A stretch of DNA of 64,000 bases from Candidatus Woesearchaeota archaeon (GTDB lineage Archaea > Nanobdellota > Nanobdellia > Woesearchaeales > GW2011-AR15), in NCBI GenBank assembly GCA_038874655.1, contig JAVZBY010000001.1, forward strand, positions 133,007 to 197,006, read 5' to 3'. The position numbers and the translations under genes are program-made. Position 1 is the first letter of the stretch, and each line of letters opens with the position of its first letter. The notes beneath the pieces were generated by a model, which was not told where the DNA came from, ran no database searches, and worked only from the letters and a program-made list of their open reading frames with translations. This document shows, piece by piece, positions 1 through 10,082 of this stretch.

Positions 1-423
1 AGAATCTTTAATACATATGGCCCTAGAATGAGAGTAGATGATGGTAGAGTTATCCCTAATTTTATAACACAAGCATTGAAAAATAAGCCTATAACTATTT
101 ATGGAGATGGAAAACAAACAAGAAGTTTTTGTTATGTTGATGACATGGTTGAAGGTATTATTAGAATGATGAAGTCTAATGAAACAGGACCAAAAAATTT
201 GGGTAATCCTAAAGAATTTACTGTTTTAGAAACTGCTATGTTGATAAAAAAATTAACCAAATCAAAATCAGAGATTAAGTTTTTGCCTTTGCCACAAGAC
301 GATCCTACTAAAAGGCAACCAGATATATCAAAAGCTAGACAATTATTAGGATGGGAGCCAAAAGTTGATTTTGAAACTGGATTGAAAAGAACAATTGATT
401 ATTTTAAAAAGATAACTAAATAA
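1..423 (+). CDS. UDP-glucuronate decarboxylase / NAD-dependent nucleotide-sugar epimerase-dehydratase, 5'-truncated by window edge
   Basis: Frame open from base 1 ([10 protein letters not shown]), then [39 protein letters not shown], typical of UXS-type SDRs. Confidence 0.88.
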   Translation, partial: RIFNTYGPRMRVDDGRVIPNFITQALKNKPITIYGDGKQTRSFCYVDDMVEGIIRMMKSNETGPKNLGNPKEFTVLETAMLIKKLTKSKSEIKFLPLPQDDPTKRQPDISKARQLLGWEPKVDFETGLKRTIDYFKKITK

Positions 424-446
424 ATTAGTATATGCATTAAATTAAA

Positions 447-629
447 ATGAGATTTGAAACAACTAAAATTGTAAAAAGATTTGGTTTTATTTTTGGTTAT
501 TTTTTATTTAATTTTTTTTTATATTTTATTTTAATGTTTACAAAAAGGTATTTGAAACTATATATGATTTTTTTAATTACTTTTTTTATTAGTTTTTTTG
601 GTTTTTTATTGAAAAGGTATTTAAAATGA
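447..629 (+). CDS. Small two-TM membrane protein, possibly the N-terminal half of a split SxtJ-like protein
   Basis: Two hydrophobic stretches with a KRFG motif; stop codon overlaps the next start (ATGA at 626-629). Confidence 0.5.
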   Translation: MRFETTKIVKRFGFIFGYFLFNFFLYFILMFTKRYLKLYMIFLITFFISFFGFLLKRYLK

Positions 630-898
630 GACAAAATAAAGAAAAAAAATATTGTTTGAAAAATTATTTATATGAATTTAAAGAAGGGTTTAAAGAATTT
701 GGCGAAAATATTAGTATTTTAGTGAATTCTGTTTTACTTTCTCTTGTTTATTTTACTGGTGTTGGAATAACTTCAATAATAGCAAAAATATTTAAAAAAT
801 CTTTTTTAGACACAAAAATTAATAAAAAAGCAAAAACATATTGGCATGATTTAAATCTTGAAAAAAGACCTATTGAAGAGTATTATAGACAATTTTGA
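626..898 (+). CDS. SxtJ-family membrane protein (C-terminal part)
   Basis: FGENI..LVNSVLLSLVYF.GVG..SII.K....FL........KTYW.........YYRQF pattern; carbamoyltransferase context. Confidence 0.72.
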   Translation: MRQNKEKKYCLKNYLYEFKEGFKEFGENISILVNSVLLSLVYFTGVGITSIIAKIFKKSFLDTKINKKAKTYWHDLNLEKRPIEEYYRQF

Positions 899-951
899 TT
901 TATAAAATTTAATTTATAAAAAGTTCCTATATAATTGCATAAGGTGAAATT

Positions 952-1881
952 ATGAAAAGAGATCTAATCAATTTAACTGATTTAAATGAAAAAGAATTAT
1001 TGTATATTATAGATAAATCAATTGAAATTAAAAAAAATCCTAGTTCTGTTAAAAATGTGATGAATCAAAAAACATTGCTTATGATTTTTGAAAAACCTTC
1101 ATTAAGAACCAGAGTAAGTTTTGAAACAGCAATGACAAAAATGGGTGGACATGCAATATACTATGATGTAAAAAATTCACCCTTAGGTGTTGGAGAAACA
1201 ATTGCAGATACTGCAAAATGCGCTTCAAGATATGTTGACATAATAATGGCAAGATTATTAAAGCAATCTGATACAATAGAATTGGCAAAAAATTCAAGTG
1301 TTCCTGTAATAGATGCATTATCTGATGTTGCACATCCATGTCAAATAATTGCTGACTTAATGACAATAAAAGAAAAAAAAGGTTTTTTTAAAGGTTTAAA
1401 ATTAGTTTATTTAGGTGATGCAGATAATAATGTAACTTATTCATTAATGCAGGGTTGTGCTATGACAGGAATTAATATGTTTGTTATTTCACCACAAAAT
1501 GAAAGTGATTTGAAAAAAGATATCTTGAATAATGCTAAAAAAATTGCTGAAAAAAATAACTGCATTTTAAAATTAAGTAAAGACATAAATGATGTAAAGA
1601 ATGCAGATATTGTTGTCACTGATACTTGGATGAGTTATCATATTCCACAAGAACAAAAAGAAGCAAGAGTAAAAATGTTTATGCCTTATCAAGTTAATTC
1701 TGAACTAATGAAAAAAGCAAAAAAAGATGCTATTTTTATGCATTGTTTACCTGCTAAAAGGGGGTATGAAGTAACAAATGAAGTCATTGATAGTAATCAA
1801 AGCGTTGTTTTTGATGAAGCTGAAAATAGAATGTGGACAGAGATGAGTATTATTCTTTTTTTATTAAACAAGCTAAATTAA
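952..1881 (+). CDS. argF: Ornithine carbamoyltransferase
   Basis: FEKPSLRTRVSFE, HPCQ, GD.NNV, HCLPA, FDEAENR; upstream RBS AGGTGA. Confidence 0.93.
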   Translation: MKRDLINLTDLNEKELLYIIDKSIEIKKNPSSVKNVMNQKTLLMIFEKPSLRTRVSFETAMTKMGGHAIYYDVKNSPLGVGETIADTAKCASRYVDIIMARLLKQSDTIELAKNSSVPVIDALSDVAHPCQIIADLMTIKEKKGFFKGLKLVYLGDADNNVTYSLMQGCAMTGINMFVISPQNESDLKKDILNNAKKIAEKNNCILKLSKDINDVKNADIVVTDTWMSYHIPQEQKEARVKMFMPYQVNSELMKKAKKDAIFMHCLPAKRGYEVTNEVIDSNQSVVFDEAENRMWTEMSIILFLLNKLN

Positions 1882-1896
1882 AAATAAAAAATAAGC

Positions 1897-3666
1897 GTGA
1901 TAAAAATGTATGTTTTAGGAATAGGATGTTATTATCATGATTCATCCGCTGCATTAATTAAAGATGGTGTTGTTGTAGCAGCTGCAGAAGAAGAAAGATT
2001 TACAAGAAAAAAACATGATTCTAGTTTTCCTATTAATGCTATAAAATTTTGTTTGGAATGGGAAAAAATTGATATTAATAAAGTAGATTATATTGGTTTT
2101 TATGAAAAACCTTTTTTAAAGTTTGAAAGATTATTATGTCAACATTTAGAGTTTTTTCCTAAATCTTGGAAAGTTTTTCTAAGCTCAACACCTTCTTGGA
2201 TAAATGAAAAATTAAGGGTTGTCTCTAAAATAAAAAAAGAATTAAAGTATCAAGGAGATATTCTTTTTATTAACCATCATTTGGCACATGCAGCAAGTTG
2301 TTTTTTAATTAGTCCTTTTGAAAATGCAGCAATTTTTACTGTAGATGGTGTTGGTGAATGGAACACAACAACTTATGGAATAGGTAAAGGTAATAATATA
2401 AAATTAATTAAAGAATTAAAATTTCCTCATTCTGTGGGTTTGCTTTATTCTACTATAACAGCTTATTTGGGTTTTAGTGTTAATAATTCAGAGTATAAAG
2501 TTATGGGATTAAGCCCTTATGGAGATATGAATCCAAAAACTAATAAATATTACAAAAAATTAAAAAAGGTCTTGGATTTAAAAGAAGATGGTTCTTTTAA
2601 GTTCGATTTAAATTATTTTAAATTTCATTACTCAGATAGGATGCCTTCTAAAAAATTATGTGAATTATTAGAAGGGCCTGTTAGAAAAAAAGAATCTGAA
2701 ATAACACAAAGACACAAAGATATCGCTGCTGCTTTGCAATTAATTACAGAAGAGATTCTAACAAAAATGTTAATATATGTTCATAAAGAAACAAAGCAAG
2801 AAAATTTAGTAATGGCTGGTGGTGTTGCTTTAAATAGTGTTTTTAATGGTAAAATTTTAAAGAAAACACCTTTTAAAAAGATTTGGATTCAGCCTAATGC
2901 TAGTGATGGAGGAGGTTCTTTAGGAGCTGCTGCATATATTTATTATACTCTATTAAATAACAAAAGAAAATATATAATGAAAGATGCTTATTTTGGCCCT
3001 GGTTTTTCTGATAAAGAGATAAAAAATTTTTTAGATTCCAATAAAATAAAATATTATATTTTTAAAAATGATAAAGAATTACTTGAAAAAACTGCAAAAT
3101 TAATTTACGAGGATAATGTTGTTGCATGGTTCCAAGGAAGAATGGAATGGGGACCTAGAGCTTTAGGCGCAAGAAGTATTTTATCTAATCCATGTAATCC
3201 TAATATGCAAGAAATTTTGAATTTAAAAGTTAAACACAGAGAAAAATTCAGACCTTTTGCTCCTGTTTTTTGTGAAGATGACGCATTAACTTACTTTGAT
3301 TGTGATATTCCTGTACCTGAGCCAACTGATTTTATGTTGATGGTTTATCCAATAAAAAAAGAATGGCATTCAAAAATACCATCTGTAACTCATGTTGATG
3401 GCTCTGGAAGATTGCAAACAATAAGAAGAGAGCAAAATCCTCTTTATTATGATCTAATAAAAGAGTTTGGTAAATTATCAGGAATCCCTATTTTAATAAA
3501 CACTTCTTTCAATATAAGAGGAGAACCAATTGTTTTAAGTCCTTATGATGCATATAAATGTATGATGGGAACAGGGATTGATTATTTAGTAATGGGTAAA
3601 TATTTAATAAAAAGAGAAGATAATTTAAAAGATAGGTGGGATAGTGAAAAAATCGCAAAAGACTAA
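1897..3666 (+). CDS. NodU/CmcH (SxtI-like) O-carbamoyltransferase; start may be ATG 1906
   Basis: YHDSSAAL, EEERFTRKKH, HHLAHAAS, DGVGE, EYKVMGL, AGGVALN, EWGPRALGARSIL, HREKFRPFAP, NTSFN. Confidence 0.95.
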   Translation: MIKMYVLGIGCYYHDSSAALIKDGVVVAAAEEERFTRKKHDSSFPINAIKFCLEWEKIDINKVDYIGFYEKPFLKFERLLCQHLEFFPKSWKVFLSSTPSWINEKLRVVSKIKKELKYQGDILFINHHLAHAASCFLISPFENAAIFTVDGVGEWNTTTYGIGKGNNIKLIKELKFPHSVGLLYSTITAYLGFSVNNSEYKVMGLSPYGDMNPKTNKYYKKLKKVLDLKEDGSFKFDLNYFKFHYSDRMPSKKLCELLEGPVRKKESEITQRHKDIAAALQLITEEILTKMLIYVHKETKQENLVMAGGVALNSVFNGKILKKTPFKKIWIQPNASDGGGSLGAAAYIYYTLLNNKRKYIMKDAYFGPGFSDKEIKNFLDSNKIKYYIFKNDKELLEKTAKLIYEDNVVAWFQGRMEWGPRALGARSILSNPCNPNMQEILNLKVKHREKFRPFAPVFCEDDALTYFDCDIPVPEPTDFMLMVYPIKKEWHSKIPSVTHVDGSGRLQTIRREQNPLYYDLIKEFGKLSGIPILINTSFNIRGEPIVLSPYDAYKCMMGTGIDYLVMGKYLIKREDNLKDRWDSEKIAKD

Positions 3667-4828
3667 AAACTTTTTTTTGAATATAACTATATTTTTTATT
3701 TCACTTTTAATTATAACTATATTTATTGAGATATTTTTGAATACGTTTTATCCACAAAAAAAACAAGTAATTTACATAAAAAAAGTTGGTGAAAAGTATG
3801 ATGAATCTGTTGGTTTTGTGAGATCAAGAAATTCAACAGTTAGATTAAGAACTCCTGAATATGATAGAATTTATTATATAAACAGTGAAGGATTTGTTGA
3901 TAAAGAATGGCAGATTAATAAAAAACCTGGTGAATATAGGATTGTTATTCTTGGTGATTCTTTCCCTGAAGCTGTAGATGTAAAGATTGAAGACAGATTT
4001 TCAAGTTTACTTGAAAAAAAACTAAATAAAGAAAAATTTGAAAATATAAAAGAAATAAATGTAATGAATTTTGCTGTTGGTGGATATAGCACTTGCAATT
4101 CTTATCTGGTGTTAAAAAATAAATCATTAAAATATTCTCCTGATTTAGTAATTTTATTTATATATAATGGAAATGATTTTGAAGATAATATGGCTAATGA
4201 TAGTATGCATGTAAGATGTATTCTAGATAATAATGGAAATCTTATATCTACTTGGGTTCCTAACAAGGAAACATTCTCCCAAAGTGAAAAATTAGGATTA
4301 ATAGATATTTTATTCTCAAATACAAATATTGGTTCTCTTTTTATGAATAATTTTAGATATTCACCACTATCTTATAAAATATCAAAAATGTTAGGCTTAA
4401 ATCCTGAATATGCCAAAATAAAAATAATTGATATGAAAAGAGAAAAAGAAAACAAAATACTTATAGAGCATACTGCAAAAATGATAAAAGGAATGAATTC
4501 TATTCTTAAAAAGAATAATATAAAGTTTCTTGTTGTTATGATTCCAGATAGAGTTCAAGTTGATGATAGACTTTGGAATAATGTTATAAAAAAATATAAC
4601 TATAACCCTGATGAATATATAAGAGATTTTCCTGAGAGATATCTTTCAGAGCTTCTTAAAAAAGAAGATATAGATACTATTGCTTTATTTGATATATTTA
4701 AAAATGAATCAAATAAAAAGCTTATTTATTTTCCTATAGATAGACATCTTAATGAAGAAGGTCACAAAATTGTAAGTAATATTCTTTATGATTATGTGAA
4801 AGAGATTATTATTAAAGAAGATTATTGA
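3644..4828 (+). CDS. Membrane-anchored SGNH/GDSL hydrolase-like protein (AlgJ/AlgX/SxtL-like)
   Basis: N-terminal TM; LGDSF (block I), G (block II), GND (block III), DRHLN (DxH block V). Confidence 0.88.
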   Translation: MKKSQKTKNFFLNITIFFISLLIITIFIEIFLNTFYPQKKQVIYIKKVGEKYDESVGFVRSRNSTVRLRTPEYDRIYYINSEGFVDKEWQINKKPGEYRIVILGDSFPEAVDVKIEDRFSSLLEKKLNKEKFENIKEINVMNFAVGGYSTCNSYLVLKNKSLKYSPDLVILFIYNGNDFEDNMANDSMHVRCILDNNGNLISTWVPNKETFSQSEKLGLIDILFSNTNIGSLFMNNFRYSPLSYKISKMLGLNPEYAKIKIIDMKREKENKILIEHTAKMIKGMNSILKKNNIKFLVVMIPDRVQVDDRLWNNVIKKYNYNPDEYIRDFPERYLSELLKKEDIDTIALFDIFKNESNKKLIYFPIDRHLNEEGHKIVSNILYDYVKEIIIKEDY

Positions 4829-4886
4829 AAATAAATAATAAAAAGTAATAGTTAAATTTTTTAATGAGTATGATTTACTAAAATAT

Positions 4887-5045
4887 ATGAAAAATAAATC
4901 TTTTTTACTGGAGATTTGGGATTTTTTAAAGGTTAGAAAAGCATGGTGGCTTACACCAATAATTCTTATGCTTATTTTAATTAGTGTGTTAATAATATTT
5001 AGTCAAAGCTCTGCTGTAAGTCCTTTTATTTACTCGTTGTTTTAA
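4887..5045 (+). CDS. SxtK/DUF5989-family small membrane peptide (52 aa; absent from ORF track)
   Basis: Hand translation MKNKSFLLEIWDFLKVRKAWWLTPIILMLILISVLIIFSQSSAVSPFIYSLF*; characteristic RKxWWLxP and PFIYxLF ends. Confidence 0.9.
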   Translation: MKNKSFLLEIWDFLKVRKAWWLTPIILMLILISVLIIFSQSSAVSPFIYSLF

Positions 5046-5049
5046 TTTT

Positions 5050-5451
5050 TTATTTGTTTTTTATTTCTTTGTTTTTATATAAAGCTAATTTCAAAACCTT
5101 TAAAGGCAACATTGCACATTTTATTCTGACATGACTTAATTCTACATTAAGCATTTCTAAAATATCTTTTTTATCTATCTGTAAGACATCATCTATTTTT
5201 TTTCCAATTATTTTTTCAGTTAGCATTGAGGCAGAGGCAGTAGAAATTGCACAACCATGTCCATTAAATCTAACATCTTTGATTATTATGTTTCCTTGTT
5301 TGTCTTTTGAAGTTTTTATTTCAAAATCAAAAGTATCACCACATAAAGGATTTGAGTCATGTGCTTTAAGATCTGGATTTTTTAATTTACCAAAATTTCT
5401 TGGATTCTGATAATGATCTAAGATATTTTCTTGATATATGTTTAATGACAT
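5050..5451 (-). CDS. sufU: SufU/IscU-type Fe-S scaffold / sulfur-transfer protein
   Basis: YQENILDHYQNPRNFG, NPLCGD, GCAISTASAS, RIKCAML. Confidence 0.93.
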   Translation of the reverse strand: MSLNIYQENILDHYQNPRNFGKLKNPDLKAHDSNPLCGDTFDFEIKTSKDKQGNIIIKDVRFNGHGCAISTASASMLTEKIIGKKIDDVLQIDKKDILEMLNVELSHVRIKCAMLPLKVLKLALYKNKEIKNK

Positions 5452-5482
5452 CTATCTCACTTATGTTATGGTTTTTTTGGTA

Positions 5483-6677
5483 TTAATTAAATATTTCTTT
5501 TACTTTTTTTAATCCTTGAATTAATATATCTATTTCTTGTTCTGTGTTGTAAATGTAAAAACTAGCTCTACATGTTGAGGATTGTTTTAATCTTTCTGTT
5601 AATGGTTGTGCACAATGATGTCCTGTCCTTATTGCAACACCAAATTCAGCATCTAGTATTGAACCAACATCATGGGGATGTATTTTTTTAAAGTTAAAAG
5701 CAATTAATCCTGTTCTTTTTTCTGCTTCTTTTGGACCATAAATTTCAATGTCTTTAAAATTAGATTGCATTTCTTCAATTGCATATTTTGTTAGTTTTAT
5801 TTCGTGTTTTCTTATGTTTTCCAAGCCAATTTTTGTTATATAATCTATTGCTGCTGAAAGTCCAACTGCCGAGCCTACATCTGGAGTTCCTGCTTCAAAT
5901 TTCCATGGCAAGTCGTTCCAAGTTGATTCTTCTAATTTTACTTCTCTTATCATATCTCCACCATAATGAGCCTGTGCCCATTGGTGCCATCATTTTATGG
6001 CCTGAAAAGATCATAAAATCACAATCAATGTTTTTAACATCTACTTTCATATGTGGGATACTTTGTGCTGCATCAATCATAAATTTTGCATTATTGTCAT
6101 GTGCAATTTTTCCAATTTCTTTTACAGGATTTATTGTGCCAACAACATTAGAAGCATGTGTTAGCGTTATTAATTTTGTTTTTTTTGTTATTTTTTCATT
6201 TAAATCATCTAAATTTAAAAAACCATCATCAGTAATATCAACAAATTTTAATTTAATGCCTTTTTCTTTTAAAAATTGCCAAGGCACAATATTAGCATGA
6301 TGTTCCATTACTGTTGAAATAATTTCATCCCCCTCTTTTAAATTAGAAGCCCATGCATATGAAACTAAATTGGCTGCCTCTGTTGCATTTCTAACAAATA
6401 TAATTTCTTCCATTGATTTTGCGTTAATAAATTTAGCAACTTTTTTATGACTTTCTTCATATAACTCTGAAGCTTCTTGTGATAATTGATGAACACCTCT
6501 ATGGATATTTGCATTATGTTCTTTATAATAGTTATTTACTGCTTCAATTACTTGAATAGGTTTTTGTGTTGTTGCTGCATTATCTAAATAAACTAATTTT
6601 TTTCCATTAACTTTTTTATTAAGAATTGGGAAATCTTGTCTTATTTTTTCAACATTAAAGTTATTGAATATTGCCAT
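5483..6677 (-). pseudogene. sufS: Cysteine desulfurase SufS, interrupted by a frameshifting apparent internal deletion near 5969
   Basis: N part has YLDNAATTQKP, NIHRG, SGHKM; C part in another frame has YGGDMI, FEAGTP, RTGHHCAQPL; about 15 expected residues between GTG and YGGDM are absent. Confidence 0.85.
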
Positions 6678-6723
6678 TTTTTTATTAAATTTAATTGTGT
6701 TTTAAAATTTTATTATTTATTTT

Positions 6724-7815
6724 TTATTTATTTTCAAAAAAATCTATAAACTTTTGTTTTATTACTTCATCATTTATTCTATTGAATATATCAATTAAAA
6801 ATCCTTTTGTGATTAGGTTTTCTGCTTCCTCTTTTTTGATACCTCTGCTCATTAAATAAAACAAAATTTCTTTTTCTATTTTTCCTGTACTTGCACTATG
6901 TGATGCTTTAACATCATTAGCATCTATTTCTAAAGAAGGAATAGAAAAAGATTTAGAAGTTTCACCCAATAATAAAGAATGATCTGATAAAAAAGATATT
7001 GTTTTTTGTGCGTTTTTATTTATTTTAATTTTACCTCTATAAATAGATTGACTATTTTGATTTAAAACACCTTTAACTAAGATATCACTTTTTGTGTTTA
7101 AAGAGCTATGAATTGTGTTTGTAGTTATGTCAATAAGATCATTGTTATTTCCTAAAAAAGATGAGTATATTTTTGAATCTGATTCTCCTTTATTATGATA
7201 AACATTTATTTTGAGTCTATTAAGCTTTCCTTTTTTTTGTGCTGTGATTATATTAAAAAAACTATTTTTTCCTAAATAGACATCTATATTTATTATGTTT
7301 TGACTTTCTTCATTAGTATCAATAAATAAATAAAAATTCATTTTGGAATTTGCTTTTAGATAAATTTTAGTAAATTCTGTTCTAAAAATACCTTTATTTA
7401 TTGTATTTGTTTGAATATAGTTAAAATTTGTTTTTTGATTAACTATAATTATATTTTTAGTATTATATAATCCTTCTAAAAAAGAAGTATATTTTGATTC
7501 AAGTTTTTCATTAGATTTAATTTCAATAAACAGGCCATTATTGTAATAATCTGAGTTTAATGCTTCAATTTTATCATTGATATCTTTTTTTTTAATCCAA
7601 TTATCAATATTTTTTTCAACTATAGTTTCTATTTTATTTCTTGACTTAGTTATTATAATTTCATCTTTTTTTATTTTTTTAAAAACAGAATTAAAGAGTT
7701 CATAATCAATTTTAGTATATTTCCAAGTATCTTCTTTTGGATTTGGCCAATCTATTCTTTGAAATATTTTTGTTTTTTCTTTTGATTTTATTTTATTATT
7801 AAATTTTGTATTCAT
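6724..7815 (-). CDS. sufD: Fe-S assembly protein SufD
   Basis: E.WKYT, PSLEIDANDVKASHSASTG, FYLMSRG; follows sufB. Confidence 0.9.
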   Translation of the reverse strand: MNTKFNNKIKSKEKTKIFQRIDWPNPKEDTWKYTKIDYELFNSVFKKIKKDEIIITKSRNKIETIVEKNIDNWIKKKDINDKIEALNSDYYNNGLFIEIKSNEKLESKYTSFLEGLYNTKNIIIVNQKTNFNYIQTNTINKGIFRTEFTKIYLKANSKMNFYLFIDTNEESQNIINIDVYLGKNSFFNIITAQKKGKLNRLKINVYHNKGESDSKIYSSFLGNNNDLIDITTNTIHSSLNTKSDILVKGVLNQNSQSIYRGKIKINKNAQKTISFLSDHSLLLGETSKSFSIPSLEIDANDVKASHSASTGKIEKEILFYLMSRGIKKEEAENLITKGFLIDIFNRINDEVIKQKFIDFFENK

Positions 7816-7816
7816 T

Positions 7817-9244
7817 TTAACCTACACTGCCTTCCATGTTTAGTTTTATTAATCTGTTAAGCTCTAAAGCATATTCCATAGGCAATTCTCTTACAAAAGA
7901 ATCCATGAAACCTCTAACTATCATTGCTAATGCTTCTTCTTCTGACAAACCTCTGCTCATTAAATAAAATAGTTGCTCTTCTGAGACCTTTCCTGTAGAG
8001 GCTTCGTGTCCAACTAAAACATCTTTTTCTTGGATTTCCATGTAAGGAATTGTATCTGATGAAGATTTATCATCTAAGATTAATGCATCACAATTTACTC
8101 TTGATTTTACATTTTTGCATCCTTCATTTATTCTCAATAAGCCTCTATAAACTGTTTTACCACCATCTTTAGAAACTGATTTTGAGGTTATTTGGGAGGT
8201 TGTATTTTTTGCTAAATGAATTATTTTAGCGCCTGCATCTTGTATTTGATTTTTTCCTGCAAATGCAACTGAAATTACTTCCCCATGTGCTTTTTCGCCT
8301 AATAAATAGATAGCAGGGTATTTCATTGTTATTTTGCTACCTAAATTACCATCTACCCATTCAACTCTTGCTTTTTCATAAGCAAATGCTCTTTTTGTAA
8401 CTAAGTTATAAACATTTTGAGACCAATTTTGTATTGTTGTATATCTAACTGTTGAGCCACGGAGAGCAATTATTTCCACTACTGCAGAATGCAAAGAATC
8501 TGTTGTATATACAGGGGCAGTACAACCCTCTATGTAATGCACATATGAACCTTCATCTGCAATAATTAAGGTTCTTTCAAATTGACCTATGTTTTTTGCA
8601 TTTATTCTGAAATATGCTTGTAAAGGTAAATCAACTCTAACATTTTTAGGAACATAAATAAAAGAGCCACCGCTCCAAACTGCTGTATTCAATGCTGCAA
8701 ATTTATTATCTGTGTAAGGAACAACTTTTCCAAACCATTTTTTAACTATGTCTGGATGTTTTTTTAAGCCACCGTCCATATCTAAAAAGATAATTCCTTT
8801 TTTCTTTAACTCTTTTCTTAGATTATGATAAACTACTTCTGATTCATATTGTGCACCAACTCCTGCTAAAAATTTTTTTTCTGCTTCTGGAATTCCTAAT
8901 TTATCAAAGGTATTTTTTATATATGAAGGGACATCTTCCCATTTGTTTGCTTGATTACCCTCAGGCTTGCCATAATAATAGATATCATCAAAATTAATTT
9001 TTGATAAGTCTTGACCCCATTTTGGCAAAGGTCTTTGTTTAAAATGACGATATGCTTTTAATCTTATATCCAACATCCAGTTTGGTTCTTTTTTTATTCG
9101 AGAAATTGTTTTTATAATTTCTTCATTTAACCCTTTTTCTGTTTTAAATGAAAATTTTTCAGGATCTTTAAAACCATATTTATATTCAAATGCAAGCTCT
9201 TCTGGTTTGACCTCAATTTGTGTATCTAAATTTTTTTCTCCCAT
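7817..9244 (-). CDS. sufB: Fe-S assembly protein SufB
   Basis: [39 protein letters not shown]-terminal MEGSVG. Confidence 0.97.
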   Translation of the reverse strand: MGEKNLDTQIEVKPEELAFEYKYGFKDPEKFSFKTEKGLNEEIIKTISRIKKEPNWMLDIRLKAYRHFKQRPLPKWGQDLSKINFDDIYYYGKPEGNQANKWEDVPSYIKNTFDKLGIPEAEKKFLAGVGAQYESEVVYHNLRKELKKKGIIFLDMDGGLKKHPDIVKKWFGKVVPYTDNKFAALNTAVWSGGSFIYVPKNVRVDLPLQAYFRINAKNIGQFERTLIIADEGSYVHYIEGCTAPVYTTDSLHSAVVEIIALRGSTVRYTTIQNWSQNVYNLVTKRAFAYEKARVEWVDGNLGSKITMKYPAIYLLGEKAHGEVISVAFAGKNQIQDAGAKIIHLAKNTTSQITSKSVSKDGGKTVYRGLLRINEGCKNVKSRVNCDALILDDKSSSDTIPYMEIQEKDVLVGHEASTGKVSEEQLFYLMSRGLSEEEALAMIVRGFMDSFVRELPMEYALELNRLIKLNMEGSVG

Positions 9245-9284
9245 TTTTATCCTTTAAAAAGTTAAGATGAAATCTTTTTGAAAC

Positions 9285-10019
9285 TTATTTTTGAAAAATT
9301 TTATAGCCATTTTTTTCAATTTTTTCTGCTAATTCTTTATTTCCAGTTGCAATGATTTTACCATCAATTAAGACATATACTTTATCAGGAATTACATAGT
9401 GTAAAATTCTTTGATAATGTGTAATTAATAAAATACTTGACTTATTTCTTTTTAATTCATTAATACCCTTTGATACATCTTTTAATGCATCTACATCTAA
9501 ACCTGAATCTGTTTCATCTAAAATGGCATATTTTGGTTGCAATACTAACATTTGTAAAATTTCTGATCTTTTTTTTTCACCACCAGAGAAACCTACATTT
9601 AGATCTCTTTTTGTAAAATCAGATTTCATATTTAAAAAAGACATTTTTTTATTTATCATTTTAACAAAATCCATAACAGAAATTTTATTTTCAGGATAGA
9701 TAGAGTTATAAGCGGTTTTTAGAAAATTGACAATATTTACACCTTGTATTTCCTGGGGGTATTGAAATGATAAAAATAAACCTTTTTTTGCTCTTTCATC
9801 TGGCTCTAAAAAAGTTATGTCCTCATTATCTAATAAAATTTGACCTTTTGTTATTTTATAATTTGGATGTCCCATTAATACTAAAGATAATGTACTTTTT
9901 CCAGAACCATTTGGTCCCATTAATGCTGTTATTTCATTTTCTTTAATTTCAAGATTTATTCCTTTTAATATTTCTTTATTATCAACTTCTACATATAGAT
10001 CTTTTATTATTAAAGACAT
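9285..10019 (-). CDS. sufC: Fe-S assembly ATPase SufC
   Basis: GPNGSGKST, FQYP, FSGGEKKR, LDETDSGLD, ITHY. Confidence 0.96.
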   Translation of the reverse strand: MSLIIKDLYVEVDNKEILKGINLEIKENEITALMGPNGSGKSTLSLVLMGHPNYKITKGQILLDNEDITFLEPDERAKKGLFLSFQYPQEIQGVNIVNFLKTAYNSIYPENKISVMDFVKMINKKMSFLNMKSDFTKRDLNVGFSGGEKKRSEILQMLVLQPKYAILDETDSGLDVDALKDVSKGINELKRNKSSILLITHYQRILHYVIPDKVYVLIDGKIIATGNKELAEKIEKNGYKIFQK

Positions 10020-10082
10020 TGTTTCACCATTTATTTTCTTTCTTTAAGAGATTTTATTAATAGTGTTATAATAACTTTTAAA

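Noticed and set aside
447-5045. Saxitoxin biosynthesis cluster
   Set aside because: Only sxtI/J/K/L-like accessory genes are present; no sxtA or sxtG core, and the context is nucleotide-sugar metabolism
5895-5990. Programmed frameshift in sufS
   Set aside because: No slippery sequence at the junction and conserved residues are missing, so frameshifting would not restore the protein
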